From the NCBI GenBank assembly GCA_963716255.1, contig OY970303.1, positions 5,120,001 to 5,184,000 of the forward strand: a stretch of DNA of 64,000 nt, in the 5' to 3' direction. The stretch's first letter is position 1, and every line of letters starts with the position of its first letter. The notes under the pieces are model-generated. The model was given only the letters and a program-made list of their open reading frames with translations. It ran no database searches and was not told the origin of the DNA. The DNA comes from an uncultured Gemmatimonadales bacterium (GTDB lineage: Bacteria; Gemmatimonadota; Gemmatimonadetes; Longimicrobiales; Longimicrobiaceae). Shown here piece by piece: positions 47,655 to 57,217 of this stretch. The translations under genes and the position numbers were made by a program.

Positions 47655-48173
47655 CTACTGCGGGGCGCCCCTGTCTCCCCTTGCTCCGGGTGGAGCCGGA
47701 GGAGGTCTCTGGAGGTTGGAAATCGAGGTGCGCACCAGGAGCCCGGTGTAGCCGTCCGGATCGACCAGGCAGTCGAAGAGGTCGGCGACGATGCGCGTGG
47801 GTACCTCGTTCCCGCTCCAGTAGGGCGGCGCGTCCGGGTCCTCGGGCTCCCTGAAGTGCCAGCGGTCCGCCCAGCGGCGGTCGCGGAAGAGGTGGGGGTG
47901 GCTGCGGGGTGACACCGGCCGGGGCGGGGTGCCGTCGCTCCCGTCGGTGAAGACGGCGACGTCCCAGGCGTCCACGTCCTCGGCCGGCACGGACGCGCGG
48001 GGAATCGAGGCGTGGCACTCGGACGCCTGGACGGAGACCAGGTAGCGGCCGGCGCGGACGGGCCGGAACTGGCGCGGGTGCCCGGGCCCCGGGCCTTCCT
48101 CCAGCAGCTCGCGGAAGACGGTCCGGCCGGGCGTGTAGACCGGCATCGGCGCCGCGCGATCATCGGGTTGCAT
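47655..48173 (-). CDS. Phage/plasmid-type hypothetical protein
   Basis: LVSVQASECHASIPR...WDVAVF motif recalled from phage hypotheticals; AGGAG RBS. Confidence 0.6.
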   Translation of the reverse strand: MQPDDRAAPMPVYTPGRTVFRELLEEGPGPGHPRQFRPVRAGRYLVSVQASECHASIPRASVPAEDVDAWDVAVFTDGSDGTPPRPVSPRSHPHLFRDRRWADRWHFREPEDPDAPPYWSGNEVPTRIVADLFDCLVDPDGYTGLLVRTSISNLQRPPPAPPGARGDRGAPQ

Positions 48174-48189
48174 GCTCCTGCTTCGAGGC

Positions 48190-49428
48190 TCAGGCGGCGA
48201 GGTTCATCCAGGGGGCGTCGTTGACGAGGGGGGCGAGGGCTCCGCCGAGATGCAGGTCGTTGATGTCCATGTCCCCCGGCAGGATCATGTCCCGCACCCG
48301 GGTGCGGAGCCAGAGGCTGCCGTGAGCCGTCCGAAGGGAGTCCTTTGCCTGGGCCCGCGCCTTCGTGCCGGCGTCGTCCGGGTCGTACCAGAGCACGACC
48401 CGGAACGCTTCGGCGAGGAGGCCGGCCCAGGAGACGTCCCAGATCCAGGCGCCCGGGAGGCCGACCGCGTGCTGGCCGTACTCCGGCAGCGACAGCGTCG
48501 CGGCGTTGATCTCGCCTTCGATCACGTGCACGACCCCGCGGCCGAGGGCGTCGGCGCCGTAGGGGAGGCGAGGGACCACGTCCTTGGGAGACCGGTAGCG
48601 GTTCCGGTGCGCGTCCCAATCCGGGAAGGACTCCCGCAGGCGCTGGGGCGGCGGGCCGATCGTGCGCATCCGCAGGTAGATCGGCGTCCCGCGGTGGAGG
48701 AAGGGGATCACCAGCATCGGAAGGATGCCCCCGAACGGAGTCCAGACGCGGCCGTTGTCCTGGATGGGGAAGCCGGCGGCGCGGAGCGTCTCGGGGGGGT
48801 AGCTCTCCTTCAGGTGCCGCCGGACCCGGGCCCAGCCGGAGGGGCCGTCGACGGAGCGGAAGCCGAGCCCGGACGCGAACGCCGGAGGTATCCCCCGGCC
48901 GTGGAGGTAGCGGGCCCCCAGCGGGGTCAGCTCCAGCCGGGCGAGGACGTCCGCGTAAAGCACCTCGGGAAGGATCGGGTTCGGCAGGGCGAGCAGCGCG
49001 GCCATCGCGTCGCTCGTTCTCGCGACCTGCGGCCGGATCGCGGGATCCCGGGGTGCCGGCCGGACAGGCGCCGACGGGGAGGGGGGTGGACCGGTCCGTC
49101 CGTCCCAGGGGGGGACGTAGATGTTGAACTGCCCGGCGAGCCAGCGGAGAGCGTCACGGGGCTCCTGGCCGCGCAGCAGGGCGGCGAGGTCCACGTTCGT
49201 GAGGGTGATCCCGCACGAGTAGCAGCGGCTCCGTCTCCCGGGCTGGGTGAAGGTGTGGAACGCGTCCGAGCTCTCGCACGACGGCCCGGGGCAGGCCCAC
49301 TTGCACCGCTCCCGTGCCGGGGTGAGCGCGCAGCCGTCGCGCACGAGGGCTTCCGCCACCGACATCCCGGGCAGCGCGTTGACCTCGCGCCACGGGAGGG
49401 TCACTGCCGTTGGTCCTCCGGATCCCAT
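48190..49428 (-). CDS. Zinc-finger plus TOPRIM primase-like protein
   Basis: CPGPSC...CYSCG zinc ribbon; YLHGRGI; VIEGEINAATL and WYDPDDAG TOPRIM motifs. Confidence 0.85.
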   Translation of the reverse strand: MGSGGPTAVTLPWREVNALPGMSVAEALVRDGCALTPARERCKWACPGPSCESSDAFHTFTQPGRRSRCYSCGITLTNVDLAALLRGQEPRDALRWLAGQFNIYVPPWDGRTGPPPSPSAPVRPAPRDPAIRPQVARTSDAMAALLALPNPILPEVLYADVLARLELTPLGARYLHGRGIPPAFASGLGFRSVDGPSGWARVRRHLKESYPPETLRAAGFPIQDNGRVWTPFGGILPMLVIPFLHRGTPIYLRMRTIGPPPQRLRESFPDWDAHRNRYRSPKDVVPRLPYGADALGRGVVHVIEGEINAATLSLPEYGQHAVGLPGAWIWDVSWAGLLAEAFRVVLWYDPDDAGTKARAQAKDSLRTAHGSLWLRTRVRDMILPGDMDINDLHLGGALAPLVNDAPWMNLAA

Positions 49429-49448
49429 GGAGTGTTTCTCGCTCCGTG

Positions 49449-51263
49449 CTACTGGACGTCACAGGCGTCGCAGCCGCTGCAGGCGGGGCGCGACTGGTCG
49501 TCGAAGTAGGCCAGGATCGCCCCCCGGCGACAGCCCTCCGAAGTCGCGTAGGCTTCGACGGCGTCGAGCTTCGCGAACTGCAGGGCGCGTCGAGCCTCCA
49601 GGGCGTCCCACGGCACCGGTATCCTCTCGGGGACGTAGCGCCTGCCCGAAAGGGTGATCCCCACCGGCTCGATGCTCCACTCCAGCAGCCCGTCGTCCTT
49701 CATCCGGTGGAGCGCCTCCTGGACCTCCGCCGCTCCCCCGGGGAATGCGTCGAGCTGGCGGCGACGTAGCGTGGCGCCCTTGTAGAGTTGCGTGCCGCCC
49801 ATGGCGAGCCAGAGCCCGCGGAGGGTGAGCCGGTCGTCCTCGCGCCCGGGAGTCCCCAGCACGTCGGTGACCTGGGCCGGCGTGGCGTGAAGCGTCACGT
49901 ACAGGGCCTGGCGCTCGGCCGTCGTGTACCGGATCACGCCGGCGTCCGCGAGGACGCGGAGCGCGGAGTACACTGGGCCTCCCTTCCGGAAGCCGAGCTC
50001 CCTGGACAGGGCGGCGGGGGGCCGGTCCACCACTCCCTTGGGATCGGCGTGCTCCAGCAGCCGCCGGTAGACCGCCTCGACGGTCACGCGGGCAGGGTGG
50101 GTGTTCTCGATCAGCGCCTCGTGCGTGAAGCGGTCGGCAGGCGAGTAGAGCAGGAGGCAGCGGGCGCCCTCGCCGTCCCGGCCGCCGCGCCCGGCCTCCT
50201 GGTAGTATGCCTCCATCGTGCCGGGGATCGAGTGGTGGATCACGACCCTCACGTTCCCTTTGTCCACGCCCATCCCGAAAGCGCAGGTGGCCACCACGAC
50301 CTGCGCGGCGCCGTGCATGAACGCCTCCTGGGCGGCGCTCCGCTTCCTGTCGGAGAGGCCGGCGTGGTAGGCCACCGCGGCGTACCCCTGGTCCTGCAGC
50401 GCCAGCGCGACCGCGGTGGCCGTCTTCTGCGTCGACGTGTATATGATGGCGGACCCGGCGAGGTCCCCGAGCGCGGCGAGGATCGCGGCCATCTTGTCCT
50501 CGTCGGCCGGGGTCTCTGCCACCTCCCAGCGGAGGTTGGGCCGGTCGAAGCCTTCGACCTGGACAGCCGGGTTCCGGAGCGCCAGCTGGGAGACGATGTC
50601 GCGCCGCACCGCCGCCGTGGCGGTCGCGGTCACGGCCACCACGGGCACGCCCGGGAAGAGCGCGCGGTGCGCACCGAGCCGGCGGTACGCCGGGCGGAAG
50701 TCGTGGCCCCACTCGGAGACGCAGTGTGCCTCGTCGATCGCGAGGAGCGCCACCTTGACCTCCCGGATGCGCCGGGCGAAGTCGGGGCTGTCGAAGCGCT
50801 CCGGCGCGACGTACGCCAGGCGGATCTCGCCGCGCTCGATCGCCCGCAGCCGCTGGTCCATCTGGGCTGGCCCGAGGGTGCTGTTCAGGAAGACCGCGGG
50901 GATGCCGCGGCGCCGCAGCTGGTCGACTTGGTCCTCCATCAGCGAGATCAGCGGGGAGACGACCAGCGTCACCCCCTCGAAGAGGAGGGCGGGCACCTGG
51001 TAGATCAGGGATTTGCCGCCGGAGGTCGGGATGATCGCCAGGTGGTCGCGACGGGAGAGCACGACGTCCAGCCCGCGCACCTGCGGGGGGCGGAAGTCGT
51101 CGTAGCCCCAGACCGCGGCGAGAGCGGCGCGAGCGTGCGCCATCGTGGGTGCCTCGCCGTGCCCGGGCCGGGCGGCGGAGAGGCCCGGCGGCTGAGGTAC
51201 TGCGAAAAGGAGGTCGGGCTGCTCGGCGCGGCGGGCGCCGCCAGGCTGGGTTGCGGTACGCAC
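49449..51263 (-). CDS. recQ: RecQ-family ATP-dependent DNA helicase (alternative start 51143)
   Basis: WGYDDFRPPQ, PTSGGKSLIYQ, IDEAHCVSEWGHDFRPAY, AFGMGVDK, YYQEAGRGGRDG, C-terminal CRR...CSGCDAC. Confidence 0.93.
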   Translation of the reverse strand: MRTATQPGGARRAEQPDLLFAVPQPPGLSAARPGHGEAPTMAHARAALAAVWGYDDFRPPQVRGLDVVLSRRDHLAIIPTSGGKSLIYQVPALLFEGVTLVVSPLISLMEDQVDQLRRRGIPAVFLNSTLGPAQMDQRLRAIERGEIRLAYVAPERFDSPDFARRIREVKVALLAIDEAHCVSEWGHDFRPAYRRLGAHRALFPGVPVVAVTATATAAVRRDIVSQLALRNPAVQVEGFDRPNLRWEVAETPADEDKMAAILAALGDLAGSAIIYTSTQKTATAVALALQDQGYAAVAYHAGLSDRKRSAAQEAFMHGAAQVVVATCAFGMGVDKGNVRVVIHHSIPGTMEAYYQEAGRGGRDGEGARCLLLYSPADRFTHEALIENTHPARVTVEAVYRRLLEHADPKGVVDRPPAALSRELGFRKGGPVYSALRVLADAGVIRYTTAERQALYVTLHATPAQVTDVLGTPGREDDRLTLRGLWLAMGGTQLYKGATLRRRQLDAFPGGAAEVQEALHRMKDDGLLEWSIEPVGITLSGRRYVPERIPVPWDALEARRALQFAKLDAVEAYATSEGCRRGAILAYFDDQSRPACSGCDACDVQ

Positions 51264-51440
51264 GGATGTATTTCTCCAGAAGGGAGAAGAAGACCGGCGC
51301 GGGGCCGACCCGCGGCCTGCGCGCTCTTCTCCGCTGTTTCTGCTCATGGAGGTGAGACCGGCCGGTGCGGAGTGCGGGGAACGACCGCGGCCGGGCGGCT
51401 CGGTCCGCACATCTGCTCGGCTTTACCCCACCTCGGTGGA

Positions 51441-51941
51441 TCACGGCATCGCCGTGGCGAGCGTCGGGGGAGTCTCGATCCACATGCCGGCGGCGTCGGA
51501 CCAGCGAGCCGCGACGTCCCGCCCGGTCCAGGTGTCGATGAAGACACAGCGGGCCGTGGTCTCCTGGACGTGCCAGGGCTCCCGCGCCGCGAGCAGGGAG
51601 CGGCGCCCGTCGAGGCGATCGACGCGGCCGTACGACGGCACGCCGGGCACGGGGTCCGGTCCGAAGTAGCTGCGGCCGAGCCCTTCGGGTTCTGGACGAG
51701 GGGGCGGACGCGGCGTTCGCCGTACCGGGAGAGCGGGGGGTGGGGCGGGGGGCGCCGCACGAGCTACCGCAGCGGAGGCGGGCACGGCCGCCTGGGGGGG
51801 TGGAGCGGCGTCCTGCGGTGGCGCGGGGTCCCTGTCGTCGCCTCGCGTGGGTGCCGCAGGTGGTGGCGGAGGATCCGGCCAGGGGAGGAGGAGATCGAAC
51901 AGGCTCGGCCCGTCGGAGCCATGGGTAGCGGGTGGTGGCAT
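51441..51941 (-). CDS. Hypothetical Pro-rich protein
   Basis: Pro-rich N-terminus, globular-looking C-part (VFIDTWTGRDVAARWSDAAGMW). Confidence 0.5.
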   Translation of the reverse strand: MPPPATHGSDGPSLFDLLLPWPDPPPPPAAPTRGDDRDPAPPQDAAPPPQAAVPASAAVARAAPPAPPPALPVRRTPRPPPRPEPEGLGRSYFGPDPVPGVPSYGRVDRLDGRRSLLAAREPWHVQETTARCVFIDTWTGRDVAARWSDAAGMWIETPPTLATAMP

Positions 51942-52020
51942 CGGGGAGCCGGTCGGGGTGGAGGCTCGGGGCTTAAAAACCCCTGGTGAGAGCCGGGCGG
52001 GCTCGAGTCCTGCCCGTGTA
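51938..52020 (+). pseudogene. Degenerate tRNA-Leu(TAA)-like element
   Basis: GAGCC/GGCTC D-like stem, GGGG-CTTAAAAA-CCCC anticodon arm, GGT-GAGA-GCC variable arm, GCGGG-CTCGAGT-CCTGC T-arm; bulged acceptor stem, no CCA. Confidence 0.55.
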
Positions 52021-52096
52021 TCTGAAGTTGTACTTCCGAACAATGACTCCCGGCTGCGGGAAGGGGTCGTACCAGGGCCGGCGGACCCCGGGCCCC

Positions 52097-52320
52097 TCAC
52101 CGCACGACAGTGCCACCCGGGGGGCACCGCCCCACTCTGACCGCGCCCACCACCCGCAGGTGCACGCGTCCACCACCGACATGGTGCTGGTCCCCCGTCG
52201 GTGACATACACGCGGGCCCCGTCGGGGGAGGCCATGCAGCAGCGCGGCATAGCAGCGCAACGCGGAGCCGGATCGAACTCGCGGGGCCGCGCTCGGTGGG
52301 AGCGACCGACACCCCCCCCG
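52097..52320 (-). pseudogene. Frameshifted relic of a YVTN/YncE beta-propeller gene
   Basis: SPDGARVYVTDGG / TSTMSVVD / RVVGAVRVGRCP pieces spread over three frames. Confidence 0.5.
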
Positions 52321-52652
52321 CCGTCCCGGTCACTGGGGCCCCGGTGCAGGGCTCCAGGCGGGGTTTGAGAGCCGCCATTCACGTGACCGGAGAACACATC
52401 GACACGGCCACGTAACATGGCAGCAGCCCGCAGGGCGAAGCGTATGTTGCGCCAGATATTGTAGAAAGAGTGGAATTCGACTACCTTTGACGGTGCCCAT
52501 TCCCGCGGGATGGCTGCGTGCATTCCGCCATGCGTGCATGGTGAACTCGTCGCGTCCAGCTCGCTGCCGGGTGAACTGCTCTGCAGCCGGTGACAGCCCC
52601 GTCACACTCATTCTCAGCGCGTGCAATCCACCCTCCGCTTTTCGGATTATCC

Positions 52653-54644
52653 ATGTACTTCCGTACCCTGCTGTTGGGTAGCCTGCTCTGCGGGCTCACC
52701 GCATGCCGAGACGACCTCGTGGAGCCTGACATTCCGGCCGGCCCCGACCGACCCCAACGCATCCTCAGTCTGGCGGACCAACCCTCTGAGTGGCGGGGAT
52801 ACTGGCGAAACGGGAACACGCTGTGGGTCTACGACATTTCTCCGGAAATCGGCCTGAACACCCATCCCGCCGCGTGGGAAGACTTCCAGCTGATGGACGA
52901 GCGCATGGGGATGCGGCTGGTGCGCTACGGGATCTACTGGAACGAGTACGTGGCGGCCGAGGCGCAGGGGTGCCGCGTCTACTACCCGAGCGACAACAAC
53001 AACGCGGCCTGCCCTTCGGCGGGGCTGGCGCACGCGGCCTACTGGGCGAGCCAGCGCGGCATGGAGCTCGTCGTGGACGTGACGATCGGCAACTGCAACC
53101 AGTACCAGAATTGGGAGGCGGCGAGCTGCACCAAGTTCCAGCCGAGTACCATGGGCGGGTACGCGGGGTGGAACCAGCAGTACGCGGCGTTCGTGGCGAA
53201 GCTCGCGAAGCGCTACGAGCACCAGGTGCGATTCTGGCAGCTGTGGAACGAACCGGACGGAGGCTACGCCGGGATGCCGTTCTTCGGTACGGCGAGCGAG
53301 GCGTGCAGCGGGCAGCGGCGCCTGCAGGGGCGGCGCTACGCGGACATGCTGAAGGTGGCCTACCCGGCGATCCAGAACGCCGGGGCCGCACGCCGCATGT
53401 GGGTCCTCACGGCTGGGATGACGGCCGGGACGGGGCCCACCCTTGACAAGAACGGCGTGAACAGCGGAGCGCCCTGGTGCACGGACCACTACCTCGTGGA
53501 GCCCGCCTGGGAGTTCGTCCGGGGGATGTACGAGAACGACGGGCGGGACTTCTTCGACATCTTCGCGCTCCATGCGTACGGCCAGAACGCCTACGCGGCC
53601 GGAGGGATCGCGGGGAAGGTGAACCAGCTCGTCGCGGAGATCAACCAGGCGAACGATGCCAACCGTCCCATTTGGGTGACCGAGTTCGGGGCATCCGCGT
53701 ACACCACCTCGGACGCCGGGAGGCTGCTCGACCCCAACCAGCGGGCTGGGTGGCCGTGGCAGTTCGACCAGGACCAGCGAGCCTACTACGAGCAGGCGCT
53801 CGCCTTCCAGGCGCAGAGCGGGCTAGCGCAGAAGATCATCGGCTACGCGGTGGCTTCGTCCTTCAGCGGGGGTGTCGACGGCGCCGACGCGGCGCACAGC
53901 TTCCTGACCAGCTATCCCCAGCCCGGTCCCGACACGCTCAACTACGGGCTCGGCCTGTTCCGGGTCTTCGGCAGCGGCAACTCGCACGCCAACTTCGCCG
54001 ATCCCCGGCCCGCCGGGCAGCTGCTGATCGACCGGGCCGGAGCGAACAGCTTCCCACGGAACCGGGACGCGGACGGGGGAGTGGAGGCTCCGTACCGCAT
54101 CAACACCTTCGCCACGATCCCCAACGACGTCCCGTTCCGCTACCTCGGGTCCGATCCCACCCTTCTCTCCATCGGGCCGATCAACGTGCGTACGCTGCAC
54201 CCAACGGAGGTGAAGTTCTTCACGCCTGTCCAGGTCACACCCTACGTCCGTGACGTCGGGTGGATGTACACGGTCTACAACAACCAGGTGGCGGGGTACG
54301 CGACGGAAACACGGACCATGGAGATGCTGCGCGTTCAGAAGTTCGACAACTTGCCGGGGGTGCCGCCGCTCTGCGTGAGGGCTCACAGTACGGGGATCGG
54401 CTGGAGCGGGGCACGCTGCGACGGAGGCGCCGTCGGGTCCGCGGGATACCAGATGGAGGGCGTGCAGATGTACTTCGACGGTGCATCGCCGTGGACGATC
54501 TGCTACCAGGTGCACAGCAGGCATGCCGCCGCCTTCGGCTGGTCCGGCTGGGCGTGCGATGGGGAGACGGCGGGACCCGTGGGCCAGGGGATCCGAATCG
54601 GCGCGGTGCGCGTGCGGGTTCACCGCAAGCCGGATCGTTCCTAG
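52653..54644 (+). CDS. Lipoprotein glycoside hydrolase (clan GH-A, GH39/GH5-like) with C-terminal ChW-like repeats
   Basis: Lipobox GLTAC; WQLWNEPD acid/base and PIWVTEFG nucleophile motifs; three (H/Y)V/S...GW....(D/N)G..AG......(E/G)...V units. Confidence 0.8.
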   Translation: MYFRTLLLGSLLCGLTACRDDLVEPDIPAGPDRPQRILSLADQPSEWRGYWRNGNTLWVYDISPEIGLNTHPAAWEDFQLMDERMGMRLVRYGIYWNEYVAAEAQGCRVYYPSDNNNAACPSAGLAHAAYWASQRGMELVVDVTIGNCNQYQNWEAASCTKFQPSTMGGYAGWNQQYAAFVAKLAKRYEHQVRFWQLWNEPDGGYAGMPFFGTASEACSGQRRLQGRRYADMLKVAYPAIQNAGAARRMWVLTAGMTAGTGPTLDKNGVNSGAPWCTDHYLVEPAWEFVRGMYENDGRDFFDIFALHAYGQNAYAAGGIAGKVNQLVAEINQANDANRPIWVTEFGASAYTTSDAGRLLDPNQRAGWPWQFDQDQRAYYEQALAFQAQSGLAQKIIGYAVASSFSGGVDGADAAHSFLTSYPQPGPDTLNYGLGLFRVFGSGNSHANFADPRPAGQLLIDRAGANSFPRNRDADGGVEAPYRINTFATIPNDVPFRYLGSDPTLLSIGPINVRTLHPTEVKFFTPVQVTPYVRDVGWMYTVYNNQVAGYATETRTMEMLRVQKFDNLPGVPPLCVRAHSTGIGWSGARCDGGAVGSAGYQMEGVQMYFDGASPWTICYQVHSRHAAAFGWSGWACDGETAGPVGQGIRIGAVRVRVHRKPDRS

Positions 54645-54877
54645 GGAAGACGGCGGCCGAGACTCTCCGGGCGAGCCCGCCGGCTCGCGAATCTGCCCGG
54701 TCCCGGATCGCCCGGCGACGTCTGCATCCGGGAGCACGCCGCCGCAGCGGCGGGTGTTCCCGGATCGAGGCAAGCTGGAGAGGCGGGCTTCCGGTCCGCA
54801 CAGAGGCGCACCCCCTCACCGCCCGCCCGCGACCCCCCAGGAGCGCCGGCCCACCCTGACCGCCCCCTTCAGGCCGG

Positions 54878-56020
54878 TCAGGCGTCGAGGATGCGAAGCG
54901 GCATGCACAGCATCTTCACATCCTCGGGTGCCTTGGACTGGTCCCCCGCGGGGAAGAGGAAGGCGGCGTTCTCCGGCTCCCCGAACGAGAACCGCACATC
55001 GTCGCAGGTGAGGTTGTCGAGCAGGCCGAGGAGGTACTCCGCGTTGAACGCGATGCGGAAGGCCCCCCCCGGGAGCGTCAGCGCCGCCGGGACCGACTCC
55101 TCGGCGGTCCCGAGGTCGGGGGTCTGGACGCTCATGGCGACTTCGTTGCCGGAGAGGTTCAGGATCAGGCGGTGCGTCTGGTCGCTGGCGAGGACGGCCA
55201 TGCGGTTGACCGCGGCGTGGAATGCCTCGCGGGACACCTCCATGAAGCGGGTGTAGGGAACCGCGGGCTTGAGGAGGATCGTGTAGTCCGGGTAGTCGTC
55301 CCCCACCAGGGACGCGACGATCTCGACCAGGTCCGAGCGGAAGCCGACACGCGTGTCGTCGAAGGTGACCCGCACCTTCTCGGCCTTGACCAGCTGGGCG
55401 ACCGCGGTGCTGAGGGCCCGTACGGGCACGACGCGGCGGCGGTCGCCCAGCTTGGCGTCGAGCTTCCGCTTGATCATGGTCATGCGGTGCCCGTCGGTGG
55501 AGACGAGCGTGAGGACGCCCCCCGACGTCTCCCACAGGACGTTGTGCAGGGCGGGGGAGCGCGAGCCGTCGGTGCTCACCGTGGCGGTGACCGGCCCGGC
55601 CATGGTGGCGAGCACGCTGCCGGGGAGGTCGAACCCGGTATCCCACGGCAGCTTCGGGGGCCGCGGGAACGCATCGGCCTCGCCCGTGTTGAGGTTGAAC
55701 CGGCTCCGCCCCGAGGCGATGCGCATGCGCTCGCCGCGCAGCGCCAGCTCCACGTCGCCCGCGTCGAGACGCGCGGTGAGCTCCTTCAGCTTCTTGGCCG
55801 GGATGGTGGTGACCGGGGTGCCGTTGAACCGCGCGGGGATGCGGGTGCGGGCCCACACCGACAGGTCCGTGGTGGTGAGGTCCACGTACCCGGCGGCGTT
55901 CGGCTCCACGAGCACGTTGTCCGTGACCGGGAGGGCGGACGTGCGGGGCACGACGGCGACCACGCGGTCGATGCCGTCCTGCAGGTGCTCCTGGGTGACG
56001 GTGGTGGTGGCGGTGCTCAT
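54878..56020 (-). CDS. dnaN: DNA polymerase III beta sliding clamp (element-borne copy)
   Basis: LPVTDNVLV, TTDLSV, IPAKKL, VSTDGHRM, DYPDY, IAFNAEYL..LL, LCMPLRI. Confidence 0.93.
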   Translation of the reverse strand: MSTATTTVTQEHLQDGIDRVVAVVPRTSALPVTDNVLVEPNAAGYVDLTTTDLSVWARTRIPARFNGTPVTTIPAKKLKELTARLDAGDVELALRGERMRIASGRSRFNLNTGEADAFPRPPKLPWDTGFDLPGSVLATMAGPVTATVSTDGSRSPALHNVLWETSGGVLTLVSTDGHRMTMIKRKLDAKLGDRRRVVPVRALSTAVAQLVKAEKVRVTFDDTRVGFRSDLVEIVASLVGDDYPDYTILLKPAVPYTRFMEVSREAFHAAVNRMAVLASDQTHRLILNLSGNEVAMSVQTPDLGTAEESVPAALTLPGGAFRIAFNAEYLLGLLDNLTCDDVRFSFGEPENAAFLFPAGDQSKAPEDVKMLCMPLRILDA

Positions 56021-56130
56021 TCGATAAGGGATGGGGGAGGGGGGAAGCAGGAAAACATGGACACCCCTGGTTTTCTTTCGGGGAGCGCGGAGGGAGCTGG
56101 GGGAAGGCAGAACGAGGAAGGGGGGTGTAA

Positions 56131-56960
56131 ATGACGAAACTGGGGCCCCTCGAGGAGGCGCAGGCCGAGCTGGAGCTGTCCAACGACGAACTCCAGCGAG
56201 CCAACCATGGGCTGGCAGAGCTGGCAGACGAAGCCTCGCGCGCGCGGGGTTAGAGGCCGAGCGGAGGGCGGAGGAGGCCTCCCGGCGGGCGGGAGCGGCC
56301 GCGCGGCAGGCGGGTATTGGCCGGGCTCTGATTCGGGGCGGTCCGCTCCGGGAGGTGCTCGGCCGATGCACCAGGGCCGTCGTCGAGCACCTGGACGCGG
56401 CGTTCGTGCGCATCTGGACGCCGAACGAGCCGGAGCAGGTGCTGGAGAAGCAGCTACGAGGGATCCAGCGATCCACCCAGCGGGCGAACCAGCTGATTGA
56501 GGACCTGCTGGACGTCACGCGCATCGAGGCGGGCCGCCTCTCGATCGAGCCGAGCACGCACGACGCCGGGGCCCTGCTGGCGGAGGCGCACGAGATGCTC
56601 CGCCTGTCGGCGGATGAGAAGGCGATTCGGACGGGGTCGCAGACGGAATCCCGGTGGTCCAGGCGGACCATGACGGCATCCCCCAGGTGCTGTGCAACCT
56701 AGGCACCAATGCGATCAAGTTCACCCCGAAGGGCGGCCGCGTGCGCCTGCGGGCCGAACCCTGCGAGGGGCAGGCTCGCCTCTCGGTCGCCGACACGGGG
56801 CCGGGGATGCTCGCGGAGCAGCTCGAGCACGTCTTCGACCAGTTCTGGCAGGCCGACCACGCGGACCGCCGGGGGGTGGGCCTCGGACTCGCCATCGCGA
56901 AGGGAGATCGTGGAAGCGCATGGCGGAAGGGTGTGGGTGGAGAGCGAGGTCGAATCGAAG
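56131..56960 (+). pseudogene. Decayed sensor histidine kinase (coiled coil, GAF start, HisKA tail, HATPase)
   Basis: LDAAFVRIWT joined directly to LIEDLLDVTRIEAG; QVLCNLGTNAIKFTP, DTGPG, GVGLGLAIAK then EIVEAHGGRVWVES in different frames; H-box absent. Confidence 0.8.
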
Positions 56961-57217
56961 CTACGAGCAATAGCGCGGAATGGGTGTCGCGTTCCTTGAC
57001 ATCGTGTTGGACGACCGCGATTCTGCGAAGCGTTCTTGCAGGCCATAGCGGCTTCTTCCGGGGCCTCCCCGCCCGTGGTACGGACGGACGTCGCCCGCAG
57101 CATCCCGAGAGACATCCCGTGCCCGCTCGCCCCCGAGCGCCACGGCCCGTTCCTGCCGTCGCCGGCCGCGCTCTCGTGGCGGAAGCCGGTGTGCGCCTCC
57201 CCGCCTCCCGCGTTCCC

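Larger units (their letters stand above)
5200..56020. mobile_element. Plasmid/ICE-like backbone with inserted cargo (boundaries approximate)
   Basis: Co-oriented ParA, PRTRC cassette, MTase-Strawberry-notch helicase, primase, RecQ, dnaN without dnaA/recF/gyrB context, Mom-like and BID-repeat genes; no housekeeping operons. Confidence 0.6.

Noticed and set aside
51938..52020. Functional tRNA-Leu gene
   Set aside because: Defective acceptor stem, anticodon arm and T-loop; reported only as a relic.
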